A stretch of DNA of 64,000 nt from Eledone cirrhosa (GCA_964016885.1 OZ024744.1:124496001-124560000); one strand, 5' to 3'. Counted from the stretch's first letter, positions 10,132-22,419 are shown. Numbers and translations: made by a program. Notes: a model not told the origin generated them from the sequence alone.

Positions 10132-12235
10132 GTACGAATGAAGTAATTCCGTCGGAAAAGTCCAGGAAAAAAGAGTGCTCTATGTAGGTAACAGAGCTTA
10201 ATAGTTATGTAATAAACAACATAAGCCAATTATTCCATTAACGACCGAGAGATTGGCCTCAACCTGAGGCCAATCTCTCGGTCGTTAATTACCTCGACGT
10301 TACCCTCAATTTATTGAATGGGTTGTATTACCCGTATAGAAAGCCGAATGATACGCTTAATTACATAAGTAAGCATTCCAACCATCCTGCCAGCATAATC
10401 AAGAACCTGGTAAGAAACGTTTCGTTGAGGCTTTCCCGTCTTTCCACCAACGAGCGCATTTTCAACGACCATTCCACTTATTACAATGAAGCTCTTGCTC
10501 GAAGTGGATTTGTCGATAAGGTAGCATATACAGAGTACGAAAATAGAACTAGAAGAAATAGATCCCGTCGCATTTGTTGGTTTAACCCACCATATAATAT
10601 GGAGGTGGCCACACCATTAGCTAAGATCTTTCTTTCCCTTATTACGAAGCATTTTCCCCCTACACATAAATATAGTAAAATTTTTAATAGAAATACTATT
10701 AAAATTTCTTACTCTACGACTTGCACATAACATCACAGCTTCAAATTTAGCTAAACTACCTAGCCGTAGGAACACGTGCAACCCTGTAGTTAGTACTAAC
10801 TGTAATTGTAGGAATCGGGCTGATTTCCCCCTATCCGGGAAATGCCTCTCTAATAACATTGTCTACAAATGTAAGGTTGTAACACCCACGTCCCGTAGGG
10901 CCTACATAGGGTTAACCGCCAATAGTTTCAAGCAGCGTCTTTACATGCATACCCATTCTTTTCGTTACCCTCTAAGAAGGAATATGACGTCACTTTCAGC
11001 TTATATCTGGAGTCTAAAAGACAACCACACCCAATATAAGTTACACTGGGAGATCCTAGCTAGGGCTAGATCGTATAACGGAAATAAAAGACCATGTGAC
11101 CTCTGCGCCGCTGAGGCCCTGTAAATACTCTACGCTACAGACCACATCTTAAACAAAAAATCTGAGGCAATTTCGGCTTGTAAACATAAATTGCACAAAA
11201 CTTTCCTGTATTACAACCCCACGTTATACCCTAACGGATAGCACGATCTATACGTGGATATTTTACGTCTTGATGTGGGAGCTAAGTATATGTTTTGTTT
11301 ATTCCTTTACTTATTTGCATAGGTAAGTATATATTACCCGTATGTTTTGTGAAGGTATGTATACCTTCTCGTACGTATATTTGTCTGTTATAGCGTATAA
11401 TTTTTACATATTCTGGTATTTAGGGTTTGGCTATGTGTATACGGGAGTTTTGCGTCCGCGTGAGTGTGCAGGTTCGTACGTATGGTGGGTGTGTGTATAT
11501 GTGTACTTCTTGTTTTAGTTGACTTACGTCTCCGAACATTCGTGTATTTATATGTAGGTATGCGTGTGCGCTTGTTATATACGTATTTATTTACTTATAT
11601 ACGTTTATATAATTATTTATTTATTTGTACACAAGCATACACACACACACATATTTATATGTGCGTGGTTTTGTATACCCATGGTAAGGTTTTGCGTATG
11701 CTTGTGTATGTACGTATCTGTTTGCGTGTATGTATTTATTTGTTTCTATTACTTCTGTATTGTATTTATTTACTTTGTTCTTAACTCTGTAGCGGAGATT
11801 CATTTGGTCTCCTAGTTAGAATTTTAGTCTACGATTTCTGCTATACCATTTACGTGGTTTTGTCTTTGCGTGCTATTGTTCTCCACGCTCCACATATGAC
11901 TTATTATCTTCGTTTTTTCGTTCATTGCCAGAGAACGTCTCTATGCACCACCTAAGAGAACATTAGTCTACGACCTCTTTTATACCATAAACGTGGTTTT
12001 GTCTTTGCGCGTAATTGTTTTCACCGCTCCTATTAATGACGTATTATTCGTTTTTTCCCGTTCTTTGCCAGCGAACGTTACCACGAACCAAAGTATCGTC
12101 TTCCTGTCTTCCTCCGGTTGCAACGTTTTTTGAAATATCCAGTTCTGCGTTTACAGATTGACTTTGTTAGTTTCAGAAGATCCCGTTAAGGGTGAAAGCA
12201 GCGATTCTTTGCTTAAACTTTAATCTGTTATTTTA

Positions 12236-12240
<5 letters not shown>
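10132..12240 (+). mobile_element. Penelope-like retroelement (C-terminal GIY-YIG, CxC linker; Hydra-clade-like by inference), 5'-truncated with inverted 5' segments
   Basis: RT end VNYLDVTLNL/YRKPND/SNHP, then WFNPPY, CNCR...PLSGKCL, IVYKC...AYIGLT..FKQR and CDLC. A long 3'UTR ends in a hammerhead-like motif, and both sides are (TA)n. Confidence 0.9.
12169..12219 (+). ncRNA. Variant type-I hammerhead motif (CAGAAGA core)
   Basis: AGTTT-CAGAAGA-TCCC gttaa GGGT-GAAA-GCAG..TTGC-TT-AAACT at the PLE 3' end. Confidence 0.55.
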
Positions 12241-12283
<43 letters not shown>

Positions 12284-12854
12284 ATATGTGTGTGTATATA
12301 TGTGCGTGTGCGTGTTTGTGTATGTGTATGTATGTGTTTATCTATTTGTATATGTATATTTATGTGAGAGTGTGTGTATGTATTTACTTTTTCGTACGTA
12401 TGTGTACGTGCATTTGTGTGTATTGCTTACCACGCGTGTCTGTTCATCTACTCGTCGCATGTATCGCTGTCAACTGTATAATAATTTTATTTTTTATATA
12501 TATTTTTTCTTATATTTATTTGCGTGTGTGAATATGTAGAGGTGTGTATATTTTTCTAATTTTGTACATGCATATGTACGCTTTTATGTATGTGTATGTA
12601 TATACGTGTGCATATAGGTATGATTGTGTGCGTGTATGTATGTATGTATGTGTATGTGTATGCATGTATGTATATATATATATATGTATATATATATATT
12701 TATATTTATATATATATGTGTGTATATATGTGTGTGTGGTTGTATATATGTATGTGTATGTATGGATGTGTTGATATTTATGTGCGTATGTATGTGTATG
12801 TGTGTATTTATATACACATATATATGTGTATATGTGTGTGTGTATGTATGAGTG

Positions 12855-12911
<57 letters not shown>

Positions 12912-12960
12912 ATGCATGCTTTTGTGTGTATGTGTTTGTGTGTGTGTTTGCATGTGTGGT
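12240..12960. repeat. Degenerate (TA)n/(TG)n microsatellite region
   Basis: Alternating purine-pyrimidine low-complexity sequence. Confidence 0.9.
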
Positions 12961-13064
12961 TTTATTTTATTTTTCCTTTCCTTCTTCTTTCTCCAGCCTC
13001 ACTTTCATATAGATTGCATTTTTGTTTTTAAAATCCAAATTCAATAAACAGACCAGGATTTTTT

Positions 13065-13118
13065 CATTCTCAGGATTGAAAGCAAAATTCTTTGCTTTCA
13101 AGAAACCACTGGTAAATG
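13065..13118 (+). ncRNA. Type-I hammerhead motif with a mutated core (CTCAGGA, G5C)
   Basis: CATT-CTCAGGA, perfect 11-bp stem II TTGAAAGCAAA/TTTGCTTTCAA, GAAA-CCA c TGG-TA-AATG. Confidence 0.6.
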
Positions 13119-13160
13119 GAATAATTGGCTTATGTTGTTTATTACATAACTATATATATA

Positions 13161-13427
13161 TATTGTTATACTTTGGGAGGGTCATGTTGCCAATAAGAAA
13201 CACACGCACCAGTTGCTTTCACTTCAATTTATTATATATTTATAAATTCATAAATTTACAAATCTACAAACTTATAAATTATAAATTTCTGGTTGGTTGG
13301 TTGGTTGGTGTGTTTCTTATTGGCAACATAACCCTCCCAAAGTATAACAATATCGGTTTCAACACACGATTTCAGATAAAGAATCTTGCTAAACAAATTC
13401 AGAAACGAAATATATATATATATATAT

Positions 13428-13463
<36 letters not shown>

Positions 13464-13730
13464 CGTTTCTGAATTTGTTTAGCAAGATTCTTTATCTGAA
13501 ATCGTGTGTTGAAATCCCCAGTCACTGAAGAGGTCACAGAGTGTGTGACGAAAGGACTATGACTATATATATAAACAACTATCTGGTTGTGGAACCAACC
13601 AACCAACCAGAAATTTATAAGTTTGTAGATTTGTAAATTTATAAATTTATAAATATATAATAAATTGAAGTGAAAGCAACTGGTGCGTGTGTTTCTTATT
13701 GGCAACATGACCCTCCCAAAGTATAACAAT
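13161..13730 (+). mobile_element. Non-coding PLE-like element with nested inverted copies
   Basis: 13161-13305 is the reverse complement of ~13592-13730, and 13355-13410 is the reverse complement of 13461-13515. It contains a hammerhead motif and sits in (TA)n. Confidence 0.7.
13520..13564 (+). ncRNA. Minimal type-I hammerhead ribozyme motif
   Basis: AGTCA-CTGAAGA-G GTCACA gagtg TGTGAC-GAAA-G ga C-TA-TGACT. Confidence 0.75.
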
Positions 13731-14086
13731 ATATATATATATATATATATATATTACTATATATATATATATATATATTACTATATATATATATATATAT
13801 ATTACTATATATATATATATATATATATTACTATATATATATATATATATATATATTACTATATATATATATATATATATTACTATATATATATATATAT
13901 ATATTACTATATATATATATATATATTACTATATATATATATATATATTACTATATATATATATATATATATATTACTATATATATATATATATATATTA
14001 CTATATATATATATATATATATTACTATATATATATATATATATATTACTATATATATATATATATATATTACTATATATATATAT
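13730..14086. repeat. Compound microsatellite: (TA)n periodically interrupted by TTAC
   Basis: Roughly 14 units of ~20-28 bp, each (TA)n-TTAC. Confidence 0.9.
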
Positions 14087-14420
14087 AAGAATTAAAATAC
14101 TAGAGTCTGTTGGAGTTAAACACCCTCTTCATATTATAGAAATGACAGTATAGGATATAGCTCAATGTAATTAAACAGAGCCGAAGAATTATAAAAAACA
14201 TTTGTGTTTCAAGTTTTTGCATTATATAATATTTACAATGTGGGTTCAACATGTTAATCACTTCCTTGCTATTTGGTCTATATCTATGTTTGTAACTGCT
14301 CACTCTTAATCTTAGCCAACGTTTCCTTGATATCCTTCCTAGGCTTTAATAGATGTATACTCCATATTCTTCTGAGTTTTTGGCTTGTATTGGCCGATAG
14401 TGCTTCTTGTAGCTTTACTT

Positions 14421-14458
14421 GCCCTGATGAGTCCTTAATAGGACGAAACATTGTTGGC
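14421..14458 (+). ncRNA. Minimal type-I hammerhead ribozyme motif with a fully canonical core
   Basis: GCC-CTGATGA-GTCCT taat AGGAC-GAAA-CA t TG-TT-GGC. Confidence 0.85.
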
Positions 14459-14543
14459 TAATAAAGACTTTTGATGTATTGAAGGCTTCTTTGGTTTATT
14501 TTTTATAATTTTTATAATTATAATATATATATATATATATTAC

Positions 14544-16028
14544 GAACCAGTAAGACCCCGACAGCTGAGCTCAAGCCGTTTCGACGGCTAATTCTGGACT
14601 AAATGAAAATTTATCCTGGTATTTAAATAGCCGATCTTCTCAAGGGGTAATTCCATATATGGTCAAAGTGATTGTCAAAAATCAGTAGTAATTCTGTGGT
14701 TGCAAATTAGTAGGGGAGATGGTGGCTAAACCTGCCAGTAGGAGAAAGAGGGGAGGGGGTGGAGTAGACCCAATCAAGCGTTGGTAGTGCCAGCTACAGC
14801 TGGGCATGAGGTCAAAGAAGATACAGGGGAGGGGGAGGGGGAGGAAGTCGGAACGGTAGGTAGAACAATGGGGGGTAGAAATAGGAAAGAAAAAATACTG
14901 AGAGTGAAGAAAAGCAAATAAGTGTAAAGAAAAAAGTAAAAGTCCTAGGTGTCAGGCTATTGTTAGGCGAGAATAAAATAAAGAAAGAAAGAAAGAAGTA
15001 AATAAATAAATAAATAAGGAAATAAGTAAGAGAACTAGGTGGGACGGATAAGGCAAGGACCCTTTTAAGAGGTATAAGTACGTAAATGATACGGTGACGG
15101 GTCAACAAAAGGGGCCAAAATACTAAAGAGACTACCACGAAATAAACAATAAAGGTTTCCATCCCGGGCCAGCAACGACCCAGTGCAGCAAAGTGAACTT
15201 GTACGAGATAATAATTCTGAGTCCCGAGAAAAATATATACTAATGCTAACTCTAAAAGATCTAAAACAAGCTACATGAAAGTTCGTACGAAATAAAGGTA
15301 GAATACGGAGAAATAAATTCAGGATCCACCCCGCCCAGAAGAAAAGCGAAGCAAGAAATACTGAAACGAAAAAATAAGGCATAAGTGCCACTAAGAAATA
15401 TAGAGGGCACAGAGAATAGTGGGAGCGGTCGGAAAAAGGGGGAAAGTATCCGGGGTCTAAGCCAACTGCTATAAAGGGCGGAGTCCGCCAAATCTATCAA
15501 AGACTAGGGGAGGGGGGGGGTACTAAGGCTACATGGGGCCAAAGGGCAGCCTCGGGTGGGCGAGAAAAGACGCCGACAAAGGAGAAGAGCTGGGGTAGAA
15601 GGACAAAGGAGAGAGGGGGGAAGGAAATAAAGGAAGCGATAAAAGAATACAAAGAAGATCTTACGTCTTCCTTGGCAAGCAGGGGTTACCCATTGCAAAA
15701 TCGGCAACTGGGGTGTTATAGCCCTAGTCTACCCCCCCGGGTCATTATGGGGTTTGAGGGCGAGGTAAGTCCTACGCAATCTTTCTCCTACTGGCAGGTT
15801 TAGCCACCATCTCCCCTACTAATTTGCAACCACAGAATTACTACTGATTTTTGACAATCACTTTGACCATATATGGATAAATTTTCATTTAGTCCAGAAT
15901 TAGCCGTCGAAACGGCTTGAGCTCAGCTGTCGGGGTCTTACTGGTTCCTATTACCCACTCTACTACCTCAAGTATTGAGTACTTTGGTGCGTTATGGTCC
16001 ACCTGGTTCCTTACCACATTTCCTTCGT
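14544..16028. mobile_element. Unclassified element with ~170-200 bp inverted repeats and a recurrent 3' tail
   Basis: 14544-14749 is the reverse complement of 15780-15947 apart from a ~35-bp indel. The tail cccactctactacc...ccttcgtta(TA)n recurs at 18803-18907 and 42212-42290. Confidence 0.65.
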
Positions 16029-16039
16029 TATATATATAT

Positions 16040-16077
<38 letters not shown>

Positions 16078-16080
<3 letters not shown>

Positions 16081-18795
16081 AGGAGACGTGACAGAGTGTC
16101 TGTTGTAAACACTAAATCCCTCCCCCATAAAGAATGCACGTCTCAACATAGACTCATAATTAGCGATCTCATTGTCAGGACGAGACGTATTCGACAACAG
16201 AAGAGGACTATCCTCAGGAGAAAAATGTGGAAATTAAAGGACCCCACAGCCATTCATAAATTTAAAAGCATATTACTTGATGCTTTTGATAGTAAGGAAG
16301 AGCAATTAGAGTCGTATAATATAGAGGAACAGTGGGAATTCCTGAAAGCTAACCTGCTGAAGGCGACAGATGAAACCTGTGGCTGGAGCAGGCCTATAGG
16401 CAGGAGGAGAGTAACTTGGTGGTGGAACAGTAAGGTGGAGAGGTCAATCAAGGCCAAAAAGCAGGCTTGGAAAGCATGGCGGGATGGGGGAAGTAGAGAA
16501 GACTATCAAGTGGCTAGGAGGGAAGCTAGGAGACAAGTGTACTTCGCAAGAAGGGAAGCAGAGGAAAGAAAGTTCAAGCATGTTCTACAACGCGAGGACC
16601 AAAAACGTGAGGTGTTCAGGATTGCTAGGCAATGTGTCAAGGAAAACAGTGATATTGTTGGGGAGAAGTGTGTCCTAAATGATGATGGTGTACTTGCCAT
16701 CACTGACGCTGATAAGAAGGTAGCTTGGAAGTGTCACTACGAAAGGCTCAATGAGGAGAATAATTGGGAGAAAGGCAGTCTCCCCCACATCGACCCAATA
16801 GAGGGACCAGCAGTGCAAGTTGAAGGTAGTATAATAAGTAAGGCGATCAAAGACATGAAGACGGGCAAGGCGGCCGGGCCTTCGGAAATAGTTGCCGAAA
16901 TGCTGAAAGCATCTGGAACGGTGGGACACACTATGGTCACCCGGATAGTAAACCAAGTCATATAGAATGGGGTCGTTCCGAAGGACTGACGCAGCAGCAT
17001 CATCATTAACTGCTACAAGGGTAAAGGTGATGCCCTAGATAGGGGAAACTATAGAGGCATTAAATTAATTGACCAGGTCATGAAGGTCACAGAAAAAGTA
17101 ATAGCGCAACTAATCAGAGAGCGAATTGATCTAGACGAAATGCAGTTCGGGTTTGTGTCAGGTAAAAGTACAACAGACGCTCTTTTCTTTGTACGACAAC
17201 TACAGAAGTACCCCTATACTTAGCTTTTGTTGACTTGGAGAAAGCCTTTGACAGAGTACCCCGCTAGATTATCTGGTGGGCCCTTAGAAAACTAGGTGTT
17301 GATGAATGGCTTGTGAGAGCTATAAAGAAACAGTCAGCAAGGTTAGAATTAACAACGAATATAGTGAAGAGTTTAGCGTAAAAGTTGGTGTTCATCAGGG
17401 CTCCGTCCTTAGCCCCCTACTATTTATTATTGCCCTTCAGGCTATAACAGAGGAGTTCAAGACCGGTTGCCCATGGGAACTCCTATATGCAGATGATCTC
17501 ACGCTCATAGCTGAATCAATGGCTGAACTAGAGAAGAAATTCAAAACATGGAAGCATGGCCTAGAATCAAAAGGCCTTAAAGTTAACTTGTCTAAGACTA
17601 AAGTTCTAGTTTGTAGGAAGGAAAATAGGGCACTGGAAAATAGGGCACTGGGAAATGGCCATGCTCAGTGTGTAGGAAAGGAGTAGGTAGAAACTCCATT
17701 TTATGTCCCAAATGCAAAGTATGGGTACATAAAAGATGATCACAGGTAAGCTAACTAAGAATATAGATTTTATATGTGGCTGGTGCTCTGGTGCAATAAG
17801 TAGCAGCAAGTGCCCACAGAATACTAACTCATTCCATTGCACAGATGGTTCTATAGAATTAGTGGACAGCTTCCGTTACCTGGGTGATAAAATCAGCAGT
17901 GGGGGAGGGTGCTCTGATAGTACAGTAGCTAGAGTCAGAACGGGATGGAAAAAGTTCAGAGAGCTTATACCACTATTGGCCGCTAAAGGGTTCTCTCTAA
18001 AAATGAAAGGCAGGCTGTATGATGCCTGCATACGAACAGCAATGTTACATGGCAGTGAGACCTGGGCATTGTGTGCAGAGGATATACGCAGACTGGAGAG
18101 TAATATAGTAATATACGTGAACGGCAAAGCATAAACGAACTAAGGGAGAAATTTGAAATAAGAGGGATCAGATGTTGTTTACTCGAGAGAAGTCTACGTT
18201 GGTATGGTCACGTGATGCGCATGAAAGACGACAGCTGTATAAAAAAGTGCAGGGCAATAAAAATAGACGGTAGCCACGGGGTAGGCAGACCCAGAAAAAC
18301 CTGGGACGACTGGATAAATTCCGACCTCACACACTTACACCTCTCTAAGACAATGTCACTGGACCGAGAGCTTTCGCGCTACACAGTAATAGAGAAGACC
18401 GGCCTTACCTAAGTGCAAAGTGAAACCTACTACAGTCAGTAGGCACGTCTAACAAAATACACCCCCGTCCCACTACCCTGACCCCATCCAATGTAAAGTT
18501 ATGTTGGTACCACAACATCCAGCCCGAAACAAATGAGGTCGTGTAGGTGTCACGACAAAAAAGCACACAGTCCACGCTGTAATGTGGCCGTGTAGGTAAC
18601 ACGGTAAAAACCTCCCAGTTCCACACTGTAAATGTGGTTGGTGTTAGGAAGGGCATCCAGTCGTAGAAAACCCGCCAGACAGTCCTATGCGAGCAAGACA
18701 ACCACTCTTGCCTCAAGTGGGAAAACCCCCCTCCAAACCCATGCGAGCGTGGAATATGGACGTAAAACGAAGATGATGAGATGATGATGATGATT
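16078..18795 (+). mobile_element. RTE-clade LINE, 5'-truncated, with multiple stops and frameshifts; same family as 3263-5495
   Basis: ORF fragments 15994-16965, 17306-17686, 17736-18134 and 18212-18412 are highly similar to the first copy. YADD and a (GAT)n tail are present. Confidence 0.95.
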
Positions 18796-18903
18796 ATGAT
18801 ATTACTCAGCCGTCGGGGTCTTACTGGTTCCCACTCTACTACCCTAAGTATTGAGTACTTTGGTGCGTTATGGTCCACCTGGTTCCTTACCACATTTCCT
18901 TCG

Positions 18904-18970
<67 letters not shown>

Positions 18971-19083
18971 TAAGAGGAATTCCAACTTTGTCTGATTTAC
19001 TCGTTTTATTTACAATCCTTTAAAATATATAATGGTATTATAATGAAATAGTTTGATAGAATATTAAATTCTAAGTGTTAATT

Positions 19084-19120
19084 GAACAAGTACTTTCATG
19101 CTTTCGCAATCTTCAGGTTC
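19084..19120 (-). ncRNA. Minimal type-I hammerhead ribozyme motif
   Basis: Minus strand reads GAAC-CTGAAGA-TTGC gaaa GCAT-GAAA-G ta C-TT-GTTC; stem III lies in the palindrome AAGTACTT. Confidence 0.75.
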
Positions 19121-19149
19121 ATAATATGTGGTGACAGTCAAGTTTGCAT

Positions 19150-22100
19150 GAAAAACAAACACAACACAAGAAAATTACACTTACACTTACATAAACACTG
19201 AAAACAAAACACTAATGGAGACTATCACGAACGACCCTTCGGTTTTCACCGAAGGGAAAACTTTCGCCCACTCTATAAAAAATAGCAAAAAACTGAACCT
19301 AAAACTGATTAGGGTCCCTATACAAACTTATAGGTCCCTAAAAGAAACATTTGAGAAGGATGTGGGTAATTCATGCGTGAAACCACTCAACTGCGTCCTT
19401 CTCAAATGCCTCCCCACCAAACATCTGCGTCCCCACCCCGCCGGAAACCACCACCCATCCAGACAACCCCTCCAACACCCCTATGGAAATCGTGCGGCCT
19501 GGTCCCCAGGAGGCGAAGGGTGAGTGATCTCTTTTCCTCTTTTAACTTTTCAGCACCAACATGGCCAATATAAGAGTTGGATGTGTGAACGTACGCGGCC
19601 TGGGGATGCCCTGGAAACAGGGCAAACTCTTAAACGACCTCAGGTCGCACAGTATGGATGTGGTAGCCATTTGCGAGTCCAGAATCCACGGCGAGCGACA
19701 GCTGGCCCCCATCTTCGATGACTTTGAGATCTACGCATCTCTCTGTCAACCGGGGGGTGGGGGCGGAGTTGCCGTTTTGCTGCGGAAACACCTGGGCCTC
19801 GTAACGTCCCGCTCCTTGCTTTTAGTGGGGGGCTGGAATGGAATCCTAGATGCACGTTGGGACTATGTGGGAGCATGTCCCGATAAAGGGGGGTGTAACA
19901 GCCTCAAACAGTTAATCGACCGATTTGACCTGGCCGATAGATATCGACTAGATTTTCCGACTGCGCCACTGTGGACGTGGAGTAATCGTAGCGGAACATC
20001 TAGATCGTACCTAGATAGGGTTCTAGTTAGAAATAAGGATAGGGACCTGTTAAGCTGTCCACAAATGTTCATGGTTGCCTATTCAGATCACAAACTAGTG
20101 ACCTGCATGGCCAACCTTGATAGAACCCATAGACAAGGACCCGGCTACTGGAAGCTGAACTTGTCGTTACCGACAAGCAAAGCCTACAGTAGACGGATTA
20201 GCACTTTAGTTAAACAGCACTTGACAGGGGCCATTGTCAACAACAGATGGTGGTACTCTCTCAAGAGGGCAGTTAGATTAGACTCGATAGTTTTTAGTAA
20301 AGAATTAGCGTTAGATAGAAATAGAACCGAGAAGGAACTGGTAGATAAAGTAGAAGAGGCAATTAGAAGTGGCAACGTAGCCAGCGTGCTAGCAGCGAGA
20401 ACGGCCTTGGACCAGTTCTTCGACGCAAAGCACGAGGGCTGCGTTGTCAGAAGCAAAATACGTGCTCTGGGAAACGAGAGAGCCAAAGCTGTTAGCTGGG
20501 CCCGAGTGACGGAGGCAAAAAGTGGCAACAAGTCCACGATTCGGTCTTTGAAGGACCAAAACGGACGCGTGATACGTGAGCCGAAGCAGATGTGTGCGGC
20601 TTTTCAGCGGCACTTTGCTCGGCTGTTCGGGGGGAGCGGCGCGCCGGGAGAGGCTATGGATTTCGGTCCATACCTCGACGGCCTACCGCGACTCTTGGAC
20701 AGCGAGGCAAAGTTCTGCGAAAAGCCGATTTCAGCCACTGAGATAGGGGACGCGCTGAGCCAATGCGGCAAACGCAAATCTCCAGGTCTCGACGGTCTAC
20801 CCTACGAATTTTACGTAGCAATGCCGGACTTATTCTCCGGTCTCCTGGAAGCGGTCTACTGCAACTGGCAACAGAACGGGAGAATTCCCAGTTCTGTAAC
20901 CGGGGGCGTGGTCACACTAATCAGGAAGGACGAGAATAAGGGGGATGACATAGGCAACTTCCGGCCCATAACTCTGCTAAACACAGAGTTACAGATTTTG
21001 GCCAAGGTGTTGGCAAAGAGGCTGGCGCTTGTCGTCGAGAACCTGGTGGGAGAAGCGCAGACATGCGCAATCCCGACCAGGTCCATACACGACAACCTCC
21101 ACCTCATGCGATACATCACAGAGAGGGTAGGGTGTAAACCCGGCTTCGGTGGGGCCCTGATCAACTTGGATCAGTCTAAGGCTTTCGATAGGGTTGACCA
21201 TCGTTACCTGGATACGGTGCTCGAGGCGGCAGGCTTCGGACCCGTGTTCAGGGGCTGGATCGCTGCAATGCACAACAGCAACATCTGCTCAAGGGTCAAG
21301 GTGAACGGCTACCTCTCTGAGCCGTTCCATATTACGCGATCCATTCGACAGGGATGCCCTCTCTCCTCCCTTCTGTACGTACTGACTCTCGAGCCACTAC
21401 TGCGGAAGCTGGAGCTATTGCAGGGCATCCCTCTGGAACCGGGACTGCGGAAAGCGGCGTCGGCCTACCCCGACGACGTGACAGTAATGGTGTCGAGCGC
21501 CTCGCAAATCGAGGAAGTCGGCACCTTACTGAAGGAATACGAAAGTCTCACAGGAGCGAAGCTGAACCGGGACAAGTCCATCGGTTTGCAACTCGGATCG
21601 TGGAGAGGCAGACCGATGCCTTCCGATGGCGTCGTCGGACGCTGGACGGAAGGACCGGTAAAGCTGCTCGGGGTCTGGTTTGGTCCGGACCTCCAGGTGG
21701 AGAAGAACTGGAACGAAGTGACGGCCAAGGTGTTTGCACTCACCCAGAAGTGGGCCGAGTGCAAACTATCCTTGAAAGGTCGAGCGGAGGTGGCGAACAC
21801 TTTTATAGCGTCCGCCATCTACTACCGCTTGACCGTCGTGCCTTGTCCAGCCAAAACGCTCGCCAAAATGGAGCGCGCGCTCTTCCGATTCCTTTGGAAG
21901 AGGCGGGCTCCTTTGGTGAGAAGATCCATCTGCTGCCAACACCCTTCTAACGGAGGGCTGGGGATGCCGTGGTTGACGATGCGCAAACACGCGCTCAGGC
22001 TGCGGCATCTCTACGTATTCCTCACCGGACAACCGGTGTGGGCCCCGTTCGTGAGGCGAGCCTTCCCACGACTCGTCTCGCTGACCGAGCTGCAGTCCTG

Positions 22101-22410
22101 GGTCAAGCAAAGACCGAGGAAAATGGGCGACTGGCACATCGAATGTGCTCAGGCGCTCACAGCCCTCTGGCAGGCGGACCCGGCGATCAGTGGAGACTCC
22201 ACTTCGTCATTCTATAGAGGGTTAGTCCGCAGCAAGTGCGACGACGCGCTCGGTGAAACTCTAGGCGTAGAGGAAGATGAACTGGCCAGTCTGTTCGGTA
22301 GGACCTTCCGCCCGGGACCGATGGACAACTTCCAAAAGTCCTTGGCCTGGCAGTGCTACCGAGGAGCTCTACCAGTTCGAGACAAGCTCTACAGCCATGG
22401 GCGCCCTCTT
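19150..22410 (+). mobile_element. Tx1/L1-clade LINE, copy 1 (ORF1 3' remnant plus ORF2, truncated at both ends)
   Basis: ORF1 remnant 19215-19523, then an APE+RT ORF2; homologous to 53600-58170. Confidence 0.9.
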
Positions 22411-22419
22411 TTACCATAG
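19561..22419 (+). CDS. LINE ORF2 (APE endonuclease plus reverse transcriptase), open but probably defective
   Basis: Motifs NVRGL, SYLDR, SDH, GYWKLN, KSPGLDGLP, NFRPITLLN, LDQSKAFDRVDH and IRQGCPLS. The catalytic motif reads YPDD, ~50 aa of the endonuclease is deleted in frame relative to copy 2, and the C-terminal zinc finger is missing. Confidence 0.8.
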   Translation: MANIRVGCVNVRGLGMPWKQGKLLNDLRSHSMDVVAICESRIHGERQLAPIFDDFEIYASLCQPGGGGGVAVLLRKHLGLVTSRSLLLVGGWNGILDARWDYVGACPDKGGCNSLKQLIDRFDLADRYRLDFPTAPLWTWSNRSGTSRSYLDRVLVRNKDRDLLSCPQMFMVAYSDHKLVTCMANLDRTHRQGPGYWKLNLSLPTSKAYSRRISTLVKQHLTGAIVNNRWWYSLKRAVRLDSIVFSKELALDRNRTEKELVDKVEEAIRSGNVASVLAARTALDQFFDAKHEGCVVRSKIRALGNERAKAVSWARVTEAKSGNKSTIRSLKDQNGRVIREPKQMCAAFQRHFARLFGGSGAPGEAMDFGPYLDGLPRLLDSEAKFCEKPISATEIGDALSQCGKRKSPGLDGLPYEFYVAMPDLFSGLLEAVYCNWQQNGRIPSSVTGGVVTLIRKDENKGDDIGNFRPITLLNTELQILAKVLAKRLALVVENLVGEAQTCAIPTRSIHDNLHLMRYITERVGCKPGFGGALINLDQSKAFDRVDHRYLDTVLEAAGFGPVFRGWIAAMHNSNICSRVKVNGYLSEPFHITRSIRQGCPLSSLLYVLTLEPLLRKLELLQGIPLEPGLRKAASAYPDDVTVMVSSASQIEEVGTLLKEYESLTGAKLNRDKSIGLQLGSWRGRPMPSDGVVGRWTEGPVKLLGVWFGPDLQVEKNWNEVTAKVFALTQKWAECKLSLKGRAEVANTFIASAIYYRLTVVPCPAKTLAKMERALFRFLWKRRAPLVRRSICCQHPSNGGLGMPWLTMRKHALRLRHLYVFLTGQPVWAPFVRRAFPRLVSLTELQSWVKQRPRKMGDWHIECAQALTALWQADPAISGDSTSSFYRGLVRSKCDDALGETLGVEEDELASLFGRTFRPGPMDNFQKSLAWQCYRGALPVRDKLYSHGRPLLP

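Noticed and set aside
11464-14153. Many ORFs rich in YI, CV or HT dipeptides (also near 270-650, 30487 and 40891-41266)
   Set aside because: They are translations of (TA)n, (TG)n and (CA)n microsatellites.
15922-18907. ~105-bp direct repeats flanking the RTE as a giant TSD
   Set aside because: The copies differ by substitutions and an indel, and a third copy exists at 42212, so they are independent tails of another repeat.
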